DNA of 64,000 nucleotides from the NCBI GenBank assembly GCA_937625935.1, contig OW569366.1, positions 372,001-436,000 on the forward strand. The letters run 5' to 3'. This DNA comes from Tetramitus jugosus (Eukaryota; Protista; Heterolobosea). The translations under genes were made by a program, and so were the position numbers. A model generated the notes under the pieces. The model was not told the DNA's origin. It saw only the letters and a program-made list of their open reading frames with translations, and did not search any database. Of the stretch, positions 48,260 through 58,283 are shown in pieces; positions within the stretch are counted from its first letter, which is position 1; each line of letters starts with the position of its first letter.

Positions 48260-51200
48260 ATGGATGATACAGACATAGAGCTGAAGAGACTATTGGCCGA
48301 ACAGCGAAGGGACAGAGCTGCGAAAATTGCAAAGAAATTAGAAGAATTAGAAGAAAGAAAGAGAGAAGAGCTGGTTGCAAGAATGAACGAAGATAAAATT
48401 CACTTCGAACAAACGATTCATGCTGCAAAGAAAGCTCGTAAGCAAGCAATAGAATTCTTGAAGCATTCTAGGCGGAAACACGAGAGTAGGAACACTAAGA
48501 AGCGAGAGAAGGAGGAATTTGAAGCCAAGCGAACACAATCGATGAATCAACTGATGCAGAATGTTGAAAAGACAAAATCTGACATTCGAGCAATCAATGA
48601 GAAAAAAGACAAGAAGCGAGAGAAAGAAGAAATTATGTTAAAAGAACAGATGGCTATGATATCAAATCAGGGCGGAAATCCTTACGAAGTTTTGAGAGAG
48701 AAAGAAGAGCGAGAGAAACTGAAGGAGAAGTTAGGTAGAGCTAAGAGGAAACAGGAACTGAAGAGAGAAGAAATATTGAAGCGTTTAGACTTCGAACAAA
48801 CACGAGAACTAAAACAGAGAGACATCGAAAATGAAAAGAAGATAACCCAACGAGAATACAATAAGCAGGTACATTCTCAAATCGTCAAAGAACAAAAATT
48901 ATCTGAATATATTCAATCAAAAACATTGGCCGGAACAACAATCATTGATCCATTGGGAAGAGAACCTCAACTCTTTCCTTCAAAATTGGTGGATCCAGGA
49001 ATCAGAGAACGACGGTTTGCCACAGTGAGTTTGTACAAAACGACAAAACAAGTGACCCAAGCGTCTCCCTTTGATGATTACGCTTTTAGAAAGCTAGATC
49101 TTCGAGATTCGAGTGATGAGGAGGGAGATAACAAAGATTTGGAGAATCAACTAGACTACCCTACGACCCGATCAGCCCCGGAGACTGCCCGAGCGGTCAA
49201 AGAGCTGGAAAAGCTTCAACTTCGGAAATTATCCACGATGGAGAAGAATACACTTCAAAATGCTCGAGAGAAAGCGAGGAACAACATTACGAAAAAACAA
49301 ATCATTGGAGGAAAAGAGTTTAGAGGTCAACCATTTATCGCAGCTCCAGCAATTGTGTCGTTTCCTGACTTTGAACTTGGAAAAACATACACATGCATTG
49401 TAGAACTTACGAATGGTTCCTTCACGTTCAATACTTTTAAACTTCTTCAATTGCATGATGGAATCAAAGATCTCTTTGAACTAACCTATCCATTCCCTGG
49501 TCGAATGTCCGCTGGAACAACTTGCAATATTACTATCAAATTTACTCCAAAAACACTCCAGGGAATAGAAGATGTTATCCCATTTCTAGCAGAAACAGGT
49601 CCGTTCGAAGTGCCCATTATGTGCAGTCCGAAGAGAGTAGAAATAGAAATAGAACCAACTAATAGACGAATTGATTTTGGAGATGTGATCATAGCTGAGG
49701 AACTATCAAAATCTTTAAAGATATACAATCGAGGTTCACTGGACACTCATTTCATACTCAGGGGACCAGCTGTTGAATTTCATAGTATAGTTGGTGACTT
49801 GACACCCGATGAAAGGCTGAGTGGTAATAGAGTACTATCACTCTCTACCATTGAAGGATTAATACTTCAACACTCAAGTGTAACAATTCAAATTAATTAC
49901 GCTCCAACGAAAGCCACAGAGCTCGAAACTGAATTGTTCATTCAATTCGACGACGAGAATGTTGGAGAAATACCACTTCTTGTCACGGGTAGAGGGAAAG
50001 ACGTTTCCATATATGTTAAGAAAGAAACTGTGGATATGAAGTGTTGCTGTCTAAATACACTATATAGAGGATCTATCGAAGTATTCAACAGAGGAACTAA
50101 CGCAATGAGGTGCGAGATTAAAGTTCCAAGATGTATCCGCAATCACATGGAGTTTGTGCCAGCATTGGGTTTCGTTCAAACCTATCAACCGCTCCCATTC
50201 CAGCTCAAATTCAAACCATTAGACTCAATTTATCAAGATTGTCCTCAGTATTTCCATCCTGATACAGGGGAACTAGTAGTACCCATTCAAATTGTTGTCC
50301 CCGACCAAAAAATGAAAGTTATCTTTGATGTCAAAGCAGTTGTGACATCCTCAAAGCTCTTTATCGATCCGAGCATCATCGATTTTGGAGATTGCTCAAT
50401 AGATGAGCGAGTATCAGTCCCTATTACACTACGAAACGAAGGGATACTGCCTCTGAATTTTGGATTCATAAATCTGCCACCAGAAATTGAAGTTGAACCA
50501 GATGATGGATATGGGTGTTTGCTGAGCAATGAAACTCGAGCAATGCGGATTCTCTTTTCTCCCAAAGCTGCCATTGATTACTACTTCAAAGTCTTGTGCA
50601 GAACAGATCGAAATGATACCTATGTAATATCGTGCTCTGCAGTAGGGATTCAGCCTCCTCTGAGGTTCTCAGCCTCCAATCTGAAGTTCGCTTCTGTGGC
50701 AATAGGCGACAGTGTATCAAAGGTAGTTACTCTCAGCAACATCTCTAAACATCCTCAAGCATTCCGGCTAGTATCTCCTGATGATTCCTTTTTCAAATTT
50801 AACCCCATATCAGGCAGTATTAAGTCAGGAGGGTGTTTGGACATCGAGGTCAAACTAGCAGCTCCAAAATGTACAAAAAGAGAAGAACCAACTCCAGTCG
50901 TGGAAGAAATCACGACTCAGATTGCGTCTACGAAACCAACTGGGAAGAATGGAAGAAGACCTGAATCGAGATTGTCAAACAAGTCACCAAAGAACACTAA
51001 GACACCTAAGAAGAATTTTGAGAAAGAAATAATCGAACCGCCTCCAATCGAAGAACCGAAGAAGTTGACTCCAGATGAAGAACGTGATATCGTTTATGAC
51101 AATTGGGAAAAGAGTGAAATCAATGAACCTTGGAGCAGGCACAAAATATGGGATATTCCATGTATGATCCGGGATTACACTCGCAGTTGTATATATCTAC

Positions 51201-52654
51201 AGGTACACGCAACAGTGGTTCTACCATCTCTTCTGCTGGAGTGCAATGGAATGGAAGTCGATCTAATTGATTTTGGTGATACCCCAGTGCGGCACTGCGT
51301 TTCTCGTGTCGTAAGAATTTTTAATAAGAGTGGCAATGATACCCAGTTGTTATTCCGTCATCCTTCTAAAAGCCCAGAATCCAATAACATGAGTGATGAT
51401 GATTGTCCTTTCAGTATTGTTGCTAAATCTCACAGACTCCGACAATCCGAATACTTGGAAATAGAAATTAAGTACAAACCGCTATTTCCTGTGGAGGATA
51501 AGGACTATTCTGTCCAAATTCTCTCCACAGCCACCAACAATGCCACAATTCACTTGAAGGGAAGTGGAAAGATTGCACAATTTGAAATCGATATTCCTCA
51601 GTCAGTATCACCACCATTTCTCGATTTTGAGCACGTACTGCTCTCAACTAGCTCCTCCTCCGAAGAGAAACAATCCACGCAGCGTATCATTTTGCGAAAC
51701 TGTTCTGAAAGTGTCTCTATCCCATTTAATATTTTCATTCCCCCAAAACTTAGTCATCCATTGAACAAGAGCGGAAACTCTCCTTTCTTAGCAATTCCTG
51801 GATCTGGAACTCTTAAACCTGGTGAGTCATCTGAGGTTACTCTGTTGTTTAGACCTGATTACAGTAGTGACTACTTCTTCACAGCAAATTGTGAGATTCA
51901 CTACGCCAGTATGAGCGAGCCCAGAATCATACGGATGAGATCAGCATGCTGGTCACCTGGTGTGTATGTGGTGTTTGATGATAATCCTCGACCAACCCTC
52001 CAAGCAGCTCCACCAGAACCAAAGCGTCTTCCCTCTGCGAAGAAGAGACCAAGTTCCGGTAAAACGACACCATCTCCAATTCCTCTTGAAGTATCCACTC
52101 CAAAACTATTGGCACCTCCTCGAAGACCGACTGTGCGAGAAACACTGGGATTATTCTCTCAGAAAGATCCATTCAAATTTCTTTATGTTCCAAAATCAGC
52201 TCTATTCAAGTCGAACAACATTCGAGACAGATACGAGTACACATTGGACAACACAATCGTCGGCCAGATTCACAAATTCGAATTCTATGTGGCCAATAGC
52301 AAAACAGAAAGCGAGAGGGGCGAGATAGAGTGCGTGATGACGGGACAGTCAACCGGACAAGGATTTAAATTCTTAAACTCTGCTACACCAACCACACTTA
52401 AATTTGCCCTGGAACTAGGAACTAAGAAACCCATAACTATACAATTTGAACCAAAGGAACCACCTGTACTGGAAATGTTACGCAAGAACAACCTGCTAGT
52501 AGATTTGGGACAGAATGACAAGGAATTGGTTGGAACACAGTTTAAGGATCACTTTTTCGCTCGGTGTGACATGAAATGCACCATCAAAGACACATCTTCA
52601 TCCGAAACCAAGACATTCCTCGTTGTTCTGAACTCCCATGTGTTCGTGTCCTAA
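48260..52654 (+). CDS. CFAP74: CFAP74 central-pair protein (coiled coil + ASH/Ig-like domains)
   Basis: N-terminal coiled coil with NPYEV, then PFIAAPAIVSFPDFELGKTY...PGRMSAGTTCNITIKFTP and repeated IDFGD...I.N ASH-type motifs. The start may lie further upstream. Confidence 0.85.
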   Translation: MDDTDIELKRLLAEQRRDRAAKIAKKLEELEERKREELVARMNEDKIHFEQTIHAAKKARKQAIEFLKHSRRKHESRNTKKREKEEFEAKRTQSMNQLMQNVEKTKSDIRAINEKKDKKREKEEIMLKEQMAMISNQGGNPYEVLREKEEREKLKEKLGRAKRKQELKREEILKRLDFEQTRELKQRDIENEKKITQREYNKQVHSQIVKEQKLSEYIQSKTLAGTTIIDPLGREPQLFPSKLVDPGIRERRFATVSLYKTTKQVTQASPFDDYAFRKLDLRDSSDEEGDNKDLENQLDYPTTRSAPETARAVKELEKLQLRKLSTMEKNTLQNAREKARNNITKKQIIGGKEFRGQPFIAAPAIVSFPDFELGKTYTCIVELTNGSFTFNTFKLLQLHDGIKDLFELTYPFPGRMSAGTTCNITIKFTPKTLQGIEDVIPFLAETGPFEVPIMCSPKRVEIEIEPTNRRIDFGDVIIAEELSKSLKIYNRGSLDTHFILRGPAVEFHSIVGDLTPDERLSGNRVLSLSTIEGLILQHSSVTIQINYAPTKATELETELFIQFDDENVGEIPLLVTGRGKDVSIYVKKETVDMKCCCLNTLYRGSIEVFNRGTNAMRCEIKVPRCIRNHMEFVPALGFVQTYQPLPFQLKFKPLDSIYQDCPQYFHPDTGELVVPIQIVVPDQKMKVIFDVKAVVTSSKLFIDPSIIDFGDCSIDERVSVPITLRNEGILPLNFGFINLPPEIEVEPDDGYGCLLSNETRAMRILFSPKAAIDYYFKVLCRTDRNDTYVISCSAVGIQPPLRFSASNLKFASVAIGDSVSKVVTLSNISKHPQAFRLVSPDDSFFKFNPISGSIKSGGCLDIEVKLAAPKCTKREEPTPVVEEITTQIASTKPTGKNGRRPESRLSNKSPKNTKTPKKNFEKEIIEPPPIEEPKKLTPDEERDIVYDNWEKSEINEPWSRHKIWDIPCMIRDYTRSCIYLQVHATVVLPSLLLECNGMEVDLIDFGDTPVRHCVSRVVRIFNKSGNDTQLLFRHPSKSPESNNMSDDDCPFSIVAKSHRLRQSEYLEIEIKYKPLFPVEDKDYSVQILSTATNNATIHLKGSGKIAQFEIDIPQSVSPPFLDFEHVLLSTSSSSEEKQSTQRIILRNCSESVSIPFNIFIPPKLSHPLNKSGNSPFLAIPGSGTLKPGESSEVTLLFRPDYSSDYFFTANCEIHYASMSEPRIIRMRSACWSPGVYVVFDDNPRPTLQAAPPEPKRLPSAKKRPSSGKTTPSPIPLEVSTPKLLAPPRRPTVRETLGLFSQKDPFKFLYVPKSALFKSNNIRDRYEYTLDNTIVGQIHKFEFYVANSKTESERGEIECVMTGQSTGQGFKFLNSATPTTLKFALELGTKKPITIQFEPKEPPVLEMLRKNNLLVDLGQNDKELVGTQFKDHFFARCDMKCTIKDTSSSETKTFLVVLNSHVFVS

Positions 52655-52886
52655 TTATCAGATCACAACCGGTCAGTGAAATTTCACAACAACAACAACA
52701 ATCGAACAACCAACCACTACACTTACGATAATAAATTAAGTATGTGTACACCAATTTTAATAATAATAATAATAACAATGATTGTTCGACTCGAGACAGG
52801 ACAAATAAACTGCAGAGCACAACTTTTGAGAATCGCATTGTGTGCATGTCTGTCTATCCACCACAAAATACAGTCTCTCTGATAAG

Positions 52887-53627
52887 TTACTTTGACAATA
52901 GATTCTCCCTATCAATCACACTCTTATCAAAATCAATCAAAAACACCGTATAGTCTCTATTCTCTGTAAAAACGACACGAACCGTTGCAGGAAACTCTGC
53001 CGCATTCAAACACCCCAAAATCACTCCCGCCGTAAAATAACTACAGTGCAACAATCCATTCAAATTCTTGGGCAGAGAAACAAATCGATTCTCCAATGGA
53101 TCTCTCTCGTACAACATGTATCGACTCTCCATTTTTTGATCCTTTTCCAATGCATCAGCAGGCTTGCCATACAACATTCTCCACACTGTCCCTGAAATGT
53201 ACTGCAAAATATTGGCTCTTCGAATTTCTCTCTTTGAATTCTTGTCTCTGAAAACGCACAAATCAAGACTTCGTTGTCCAATGCGTTGACCCATTTCTGA
53301 TAATTTTTGTTCGAGTTCCGATCCAGTAGTCACTCTGCTCTGACAATACTGTACCATTTCTGAGAAGAGAAATGAAAATGAACTGAGAGAAACTTCTTTT
53401 TTGCCTTTGCTGATGGGTTGATCAAGTATACTACTACTCAACATGCTATATTGTTGTTGTTGAGAAGTAGTCGTGGTGGTGGTGGTGGTTAATGTAGCAA
53501 TGCTTGATGATGGCATGGTAGTGGTGGTGATGGGAGAAGATGGATTGTTGGTGTTGGATGGGTTGGTGGAGAGAGACATGTTGCTCATGCCAGAGTTGAG
53601 TGTGTTGGCACTGGTGACACGATTCAT
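52887..53627 (-). CDS. TRAPPC5: TRAPP complex subunit 5 (Trs31)
   Basis: EVSLSSFSFLFSEMVQY, KREIR, LYGKPADALEK, FTAGVILG, FPATV, VIDRE. Confidence 0.95.
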   Translation of the reverse strand: MNRVTSANTLNSGMSNMSLSTNPSNTNNPSSPITTTTMPSSSIATLTTTTTTTTSQQQQYSMLSSSILDQPISKGKKEVSLSSFSFLFSEMVQYCQSRVTTGSELEQKLSEMGQRIGQRSLDLCVFRDKNSKREIRRANILQYISGTVWRMLYGKPADALEKDQKMESRYMLYERDPLENRFVSLPKNLNGLLHCSYFTAGVILGCLNAAEFPATVRVVFTENRDYTVFLIDFDKSVIDRENLLSK

Positions 53628-54742
53628 TTATTTTTGTTGATTGTTTTTGTTGTTGTTGCTGTTTTGGTTGTTCTTGTGGTTTTTGATTTTTTTTGTGTGG
53701 CGCCAAAAAAGTAGCAGAAAAACTACAAGTTGTCCTGCCTGAACACTCGTAAGTTGTTTCCTTTGAAATGGGATTGTAGATGATACTATCATGCATGAAT
53801 GCAATGTACTTGTTGGTTTCACTTTTTGTTAAATTAATATCGTAAAGCTCTCCAAGTTTTATCCTTCGAAGTTGCATTTCCATCTCACTAAAACTGCGTT
53901 CCTCTGTTCCTGAATGTATAAATCTTCTCGTAGCAGCGAGAAGTTGATATGCATAACGAGTGTCTTTCAAAGCGAGCAATAACAAGTTTCTTCCAGTATT
54001 CAGTCTGATGAACATCGAGCTTATCCTTCTTCCTCTTTTTGTTACTTGGTTGTTCGGTGGTGCACCTTGTCCTCTTTCCAGATGTCTCCTCCTTCTCCTT
54101 CTTATGCGGCGTCACCAACCTCTCCGTCCCGTCCACCAACCACAGTTCCCCATCCATTGTCTCTTACGTGCTTCTCTGAAGTTTCGAGCTTCACCAGGAA
54201 CTCATTCATGGATGGCCAGTTGAGTTGAGTCACAGTTTTCCAAGTCAAGAATGTACTACTCTGTTGTGTCGTGCCATTCCTTGTTCAACAGAGTAGTTCT
54301 GGAGTAAATGTCGCTAATGGTGTGAATTTCTTTTCAACGAGAGAATTTGATAGGCCTAAGGTTTTTGAGGAGCAGGTTCTAAACGCGAACATGTTTCGCT
54401 CAAGGTTTATTTACAGTGCAGTAAGCGCCAAGTGAGTTCTCTGACCTAGACGTCTCGTTTGTTGCCAGTTACGAACTGTGATCCATGTGAGAATAGGAAG
54501 AGTGACGTGAGTGTAAATTCGAAGAGGATTTTGGTCAAGAGTCGATTTGATAAACAACCGTAAGAAGCTCCACCATTGCTTCCACTGACCACTCAAGATG
54601 AGAGATAGGATGGAAGTGGAGAATGGTGGTTCTTCCTCATTGCGTCGTGGTCTTGATTGGCGCATTTTTTCGAAGAGTCACTCGGACAAATTTTTATCGG
54701 CCAATTTTATCTTGGTTCAAGAAAAAACAAAAGTAAAAAAGA

Positions 54743-55051
54743 ATGGCTGGCCGAGTGGAACATGTTGTGTTCTTCATGTTGAAGGATTTGTCTGATCAAG
54801 AACGTCAAGAACTGCAAGATCAGGTCTCTGTGATCAGATCAAGTGTACCAGGTGTGTTGGAGATCTCACTTGGCAAGAACATTACAGAGGGAAGAAACAA
54901 TGGCTACACCTATGGTCTCAGAGCACTCTTTGCCGACAGAGAAACAATCAAGGTGTATGCAGAACATGAAGAGCACGTGAAATTGGTCAAGATGCTCAGA
55001 GCTGCCTCTTTGCCTAATGCAACACCAGTGTGTTTGGATTGGGAATTGTAA
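54743..55051 (+). CDS. Dabb / stress-responsive A/B-barrel protein
   Basis: VEHVVFF...VPGV..ISLGKN...GYTYG...YAEHEEHV...CLDW. Confidence 0.88.
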   Translation: MAGRVEHVVFFMLKDLSDQERQELQDQVSVIRSSVPGVLEISLGKNITEGRNNGYTYGLRALFADRETIKVYAEHEEHVKLVKMLRAASLPNATPVCLDWEL

Positions 55052-55162
55052 GATCATAAGTGAATTTTACTACTAATAAAAACAGGTTCAAAAGAGAATT
55101 TAAGATTTGAAAATCAGCTCCAAGCTGCATCGCGAGTGTCCTAGAAGATTGATGCCACACCT

Positions 55163-57456
55163 CTACTGGCGTGACCTTTGTTGGTCTGCTGTGTTTCTCC
55201 ACAGTGTTTCAGCCTTGTTGTAAATATTGTCTCGCTCGTCTCTCGATATCGAAGACATCATGGGTGAGGATAGCAAGGAGGTGCTTGGTGGAGATTGCAA
55301 TAGACCAAGTGGACTTAGTAATATGTGGTTATGGTCAACTGAAGTCGTGCTCATGTTCAGATGGTTATCGTCATCCGACAATGATCTATTCAGGTTAATG
55401 CTTCTTGGGGTCATCGATGCAACTCTGGAGTTCCTTGGTGGTGTACTGAGAAGATAATCGCAGTCACCAAGACTGCTAATACTCATGTTTAAGCTTGTGT
55501 TCAACTTGTTAGACGCATTGGAGGTGCCACTTGGTCCTATTATGATTCTCTTTCCGGTCGAGCCGCCACCAAAAGTAAAGTTAAAGTTGCTTGATGACTG
55601 GGAGCCAAGCTTCTTTCGATCGAATGGTGTCACAGTTATTGAAATCTTGCTGGCACTCGTAACCATAGGACTGTCGGCAGCAACATTCCTCATTTGAGGA
55701 GGACTCATCAGATCAATGTTTGACGTGGAAGCAAAGTCACCAGAAAAGTCCAATTTCTTGGGCACCTTTTGAGGAGTTCTGATCGGACTCGAGAAAAATT
55801 GAGACGGCGAAAGATTGGGTGAGACGATAGGGGAGCACGAGAGTCTCTTGCTTGGTGTCATTTCCTCTAGGAAATTATCATGTCGAGCTCGTTTTCTGAG
55901 GATAGCTGGTGAGTACTTTGGACTTGCAAATGGGGAGAAGAAGTGCCTCGAGGTTGTTCTTGGAGGACTAAATGCCAGATCCAAGTCACTAATGTTCATG
56001 TCATTGGCATCCAAATGATGTGATCCCAAGTCCATACCATTCAAGTCTGGAGTGTATTGTACAGTATTACCGTGTAGTTGGGAGGTGCTAGGATCTAGAC
56101 TACCTTGTGTCATATCCATCATCTCAGATGATTGAGACGCCTTGGACGAGTCTGTTTGAGAAACTTCCTCCTCTTCCTTCTGCTCCTTCTTTTTTCTCTT
56201 GGTGTACTTTCTCTTTGGCTTTGGTTGTTCTGGGGCTCCGGCCTCCTGGCTTTCTGGGCCTGTTGCTGGTGCGGCCGCATGCTTCTTGCCCTTCGCTTTC
56301 TTTTCTTCTCCATTCTTTTCCTTTAGTATCTTTCTTCTCATTGTAGAATTCCAGTGATTCTTGATGGCATTGTCTGTTCTACCAGGGAGAAGTTTTGCAA
56401 TTTGAGCCCACTTGTTTCCAAACTTGGCATGGGCATCTCTAATGAGTTTATCTTCGATATCAGTCCATGGACCCTTGTTGATATGAGGGTTCAAGTGATT
56501 GTGCCAACGTTCTCTGCACTGCTTTCCGATTCTTCCAGGCAAGTGTTGGGCAATGAGAGACCACTTCTTGGCTCCGTATATCTCAACCAGCTCCATCACC
56601 TTTTGATCTTCCTCTTGGGTCCATGGACCCTTGACGACATCTGGGTTGAGAACTTTTTGCCACCGATGGAGACACTGAACATCTGTCCGGTCAGGGAAAT
56701 GCTCAGCAATCTTCTTCCAGTTCTTTCCTTCATGAAGCATGACAGCAGATTGTAGTTTGCAGTCCTCTTCCTTGGTCCATTTTCCCTTGCTGCCCTTTGA
56801 GTCCTTTGATCCATCGTCCAAATCACTCATGGAATTACTAGCACCGGACAATGCAGGTGAGATAGACATTTGTGAGTCATCCTTGGTTTCGGATTCTTGA
56901 CTATAGGTGAATGGAGCACCTGGTGTGCTCATTCCAGGACTTCCTACGGTAGCACGGAAGGATGGTGAGCCGGCATGAAGGATGTGAGTTTGATTACCTT
57001 GGACAGGAGTGCCAAAAGCAGTGAAAGAGTTTGCAGTGCCAATTCGTGCACTGAAGAGAGAGTTGAATGGGAAAATGGCTTGACCAGCAAGCTCATCTGT
57101 CGTTCCCTTCTTTAGTTCACCATTGTTATTGTTATTGGTGTTGCTTGATGAAGATGAGACAACTACATTGTGTGTGAGTATGATGAACAGGTCGGATGAG
57201 AAAAAAATGGTTGTTGTGACATACGTGATGCAAATGCACTTTGTTGTGCAGGTTCAGCTGTAAAAAAGCTCAGTGTACTGCTCGTGGTTAACAAGGCAGG
57301 ATTGGTAAGGTTTGACTCACTAGAAAAAAAAACAGTAATAAAGGAATGGTTAGCTCAAGCCTTTCTATAGACACAACAACCAAAAAAGGAACCAAAAAAA
57401 ACTGACTGCCCAACTTGCACTGTGTGAACAACATACGATTGTTGATTTGAGTTCAT
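55163..57456 (-). CDS. Three-repeat (R1R2R3) Myb transcription factor, 3 exons
   Basis: [46 protein letters not shown]; many S/T-P sites. Frame-consistent exons 57456-57437, 57319-57225 and 57162-55163 with GTATGT..TAG introns. Confidence 0.92.
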
Positions 57457-57750
57457 AATTTTTTTGTTATTGGTGTTGTGAGATTGTCAATTATGATGAG
57501 GTAAAGCTTTGTTGTTGTTTGGTTGTTCTAATACAGTGTAGAGCAGCTTAGACAATTTATCATTAGGTGTTTGTTTTGACGGCTTTGAGGAGAGTTCTTG
57601 TAGAGAGGTTGAGAAGAAAAAGGTCAATGTAGTTCCACACGGTCAATTTCTTGATAATGGTACCAAGGGCGTGTGTTTAAGGAAAAGTGAGGTGTTTGCC
57701 GAAAGATGTTTGATGAGTTTTTTTTCAGGCGAAAGTTTTTGCAAAGTGCA

Positions 57751-57781
57751 CAACGGGCCGATTTTCAATTTTGGCGGGAAA
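57751..57781 (-). promoter_or_regulatory. E2F site + CHR-like element + Myb/MSA core upstream of the 3R-Myb gene
   Basis: The minus strand reads TTTCCCGCCAAAATTGAAAATCGGCCCGTTG, about 300 nt before the ATG. Confidence 0.55.
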
Positions 57782-58283
57782 CATAACAAAAAATTTTGTA
57801 ACGAGAAGCGGAGAAAGGTTCAACCAAGTACGGTAAACTGAGCAAGGGGTTGAGCGAAGAAGACTCGTTGTTTGGTTTGGGCACTTTTTTGTGGTATTTT
57901 ATCAGTGACATTGTTGTGAAAAGACATGCATATTGAGTGAATAAGTGTATCAGAAGACTCTTGGGTGAACGAAGAATGAGGGTGCACCAGTAAGTTGTGC
58001 ACTCTGTTTTTTCATGTAAGATTGATACTTTGATTGATTTTGTTTCTTAGAATGCAAAATTGTTGTGCCAAAACGTGGTAATTAAATTGTGTAACGACAA
58101 TAATATGACAGTTACAAAAAAGCAGAGCATAAGTAGCGGCATACTTACTCACGAAAACGGCGAAACCTTTCAGCATTCGGAATTATACCCGCCAAAAAAC
58201 TTTCCTTCAACAAACGAAATTGAACTCTGATCTTCAAGAAACAAGTCTCCGTCAAAGACAACAACAAACGAACGAACGAAAGA

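Noticed and set aside
53750-54400. Short minus-strand ORFs between TRAPPC5 and the Dabb gene
   Set aside because: Broken frames with no recognisable domain; may be a decayed gene but cannot be supported.
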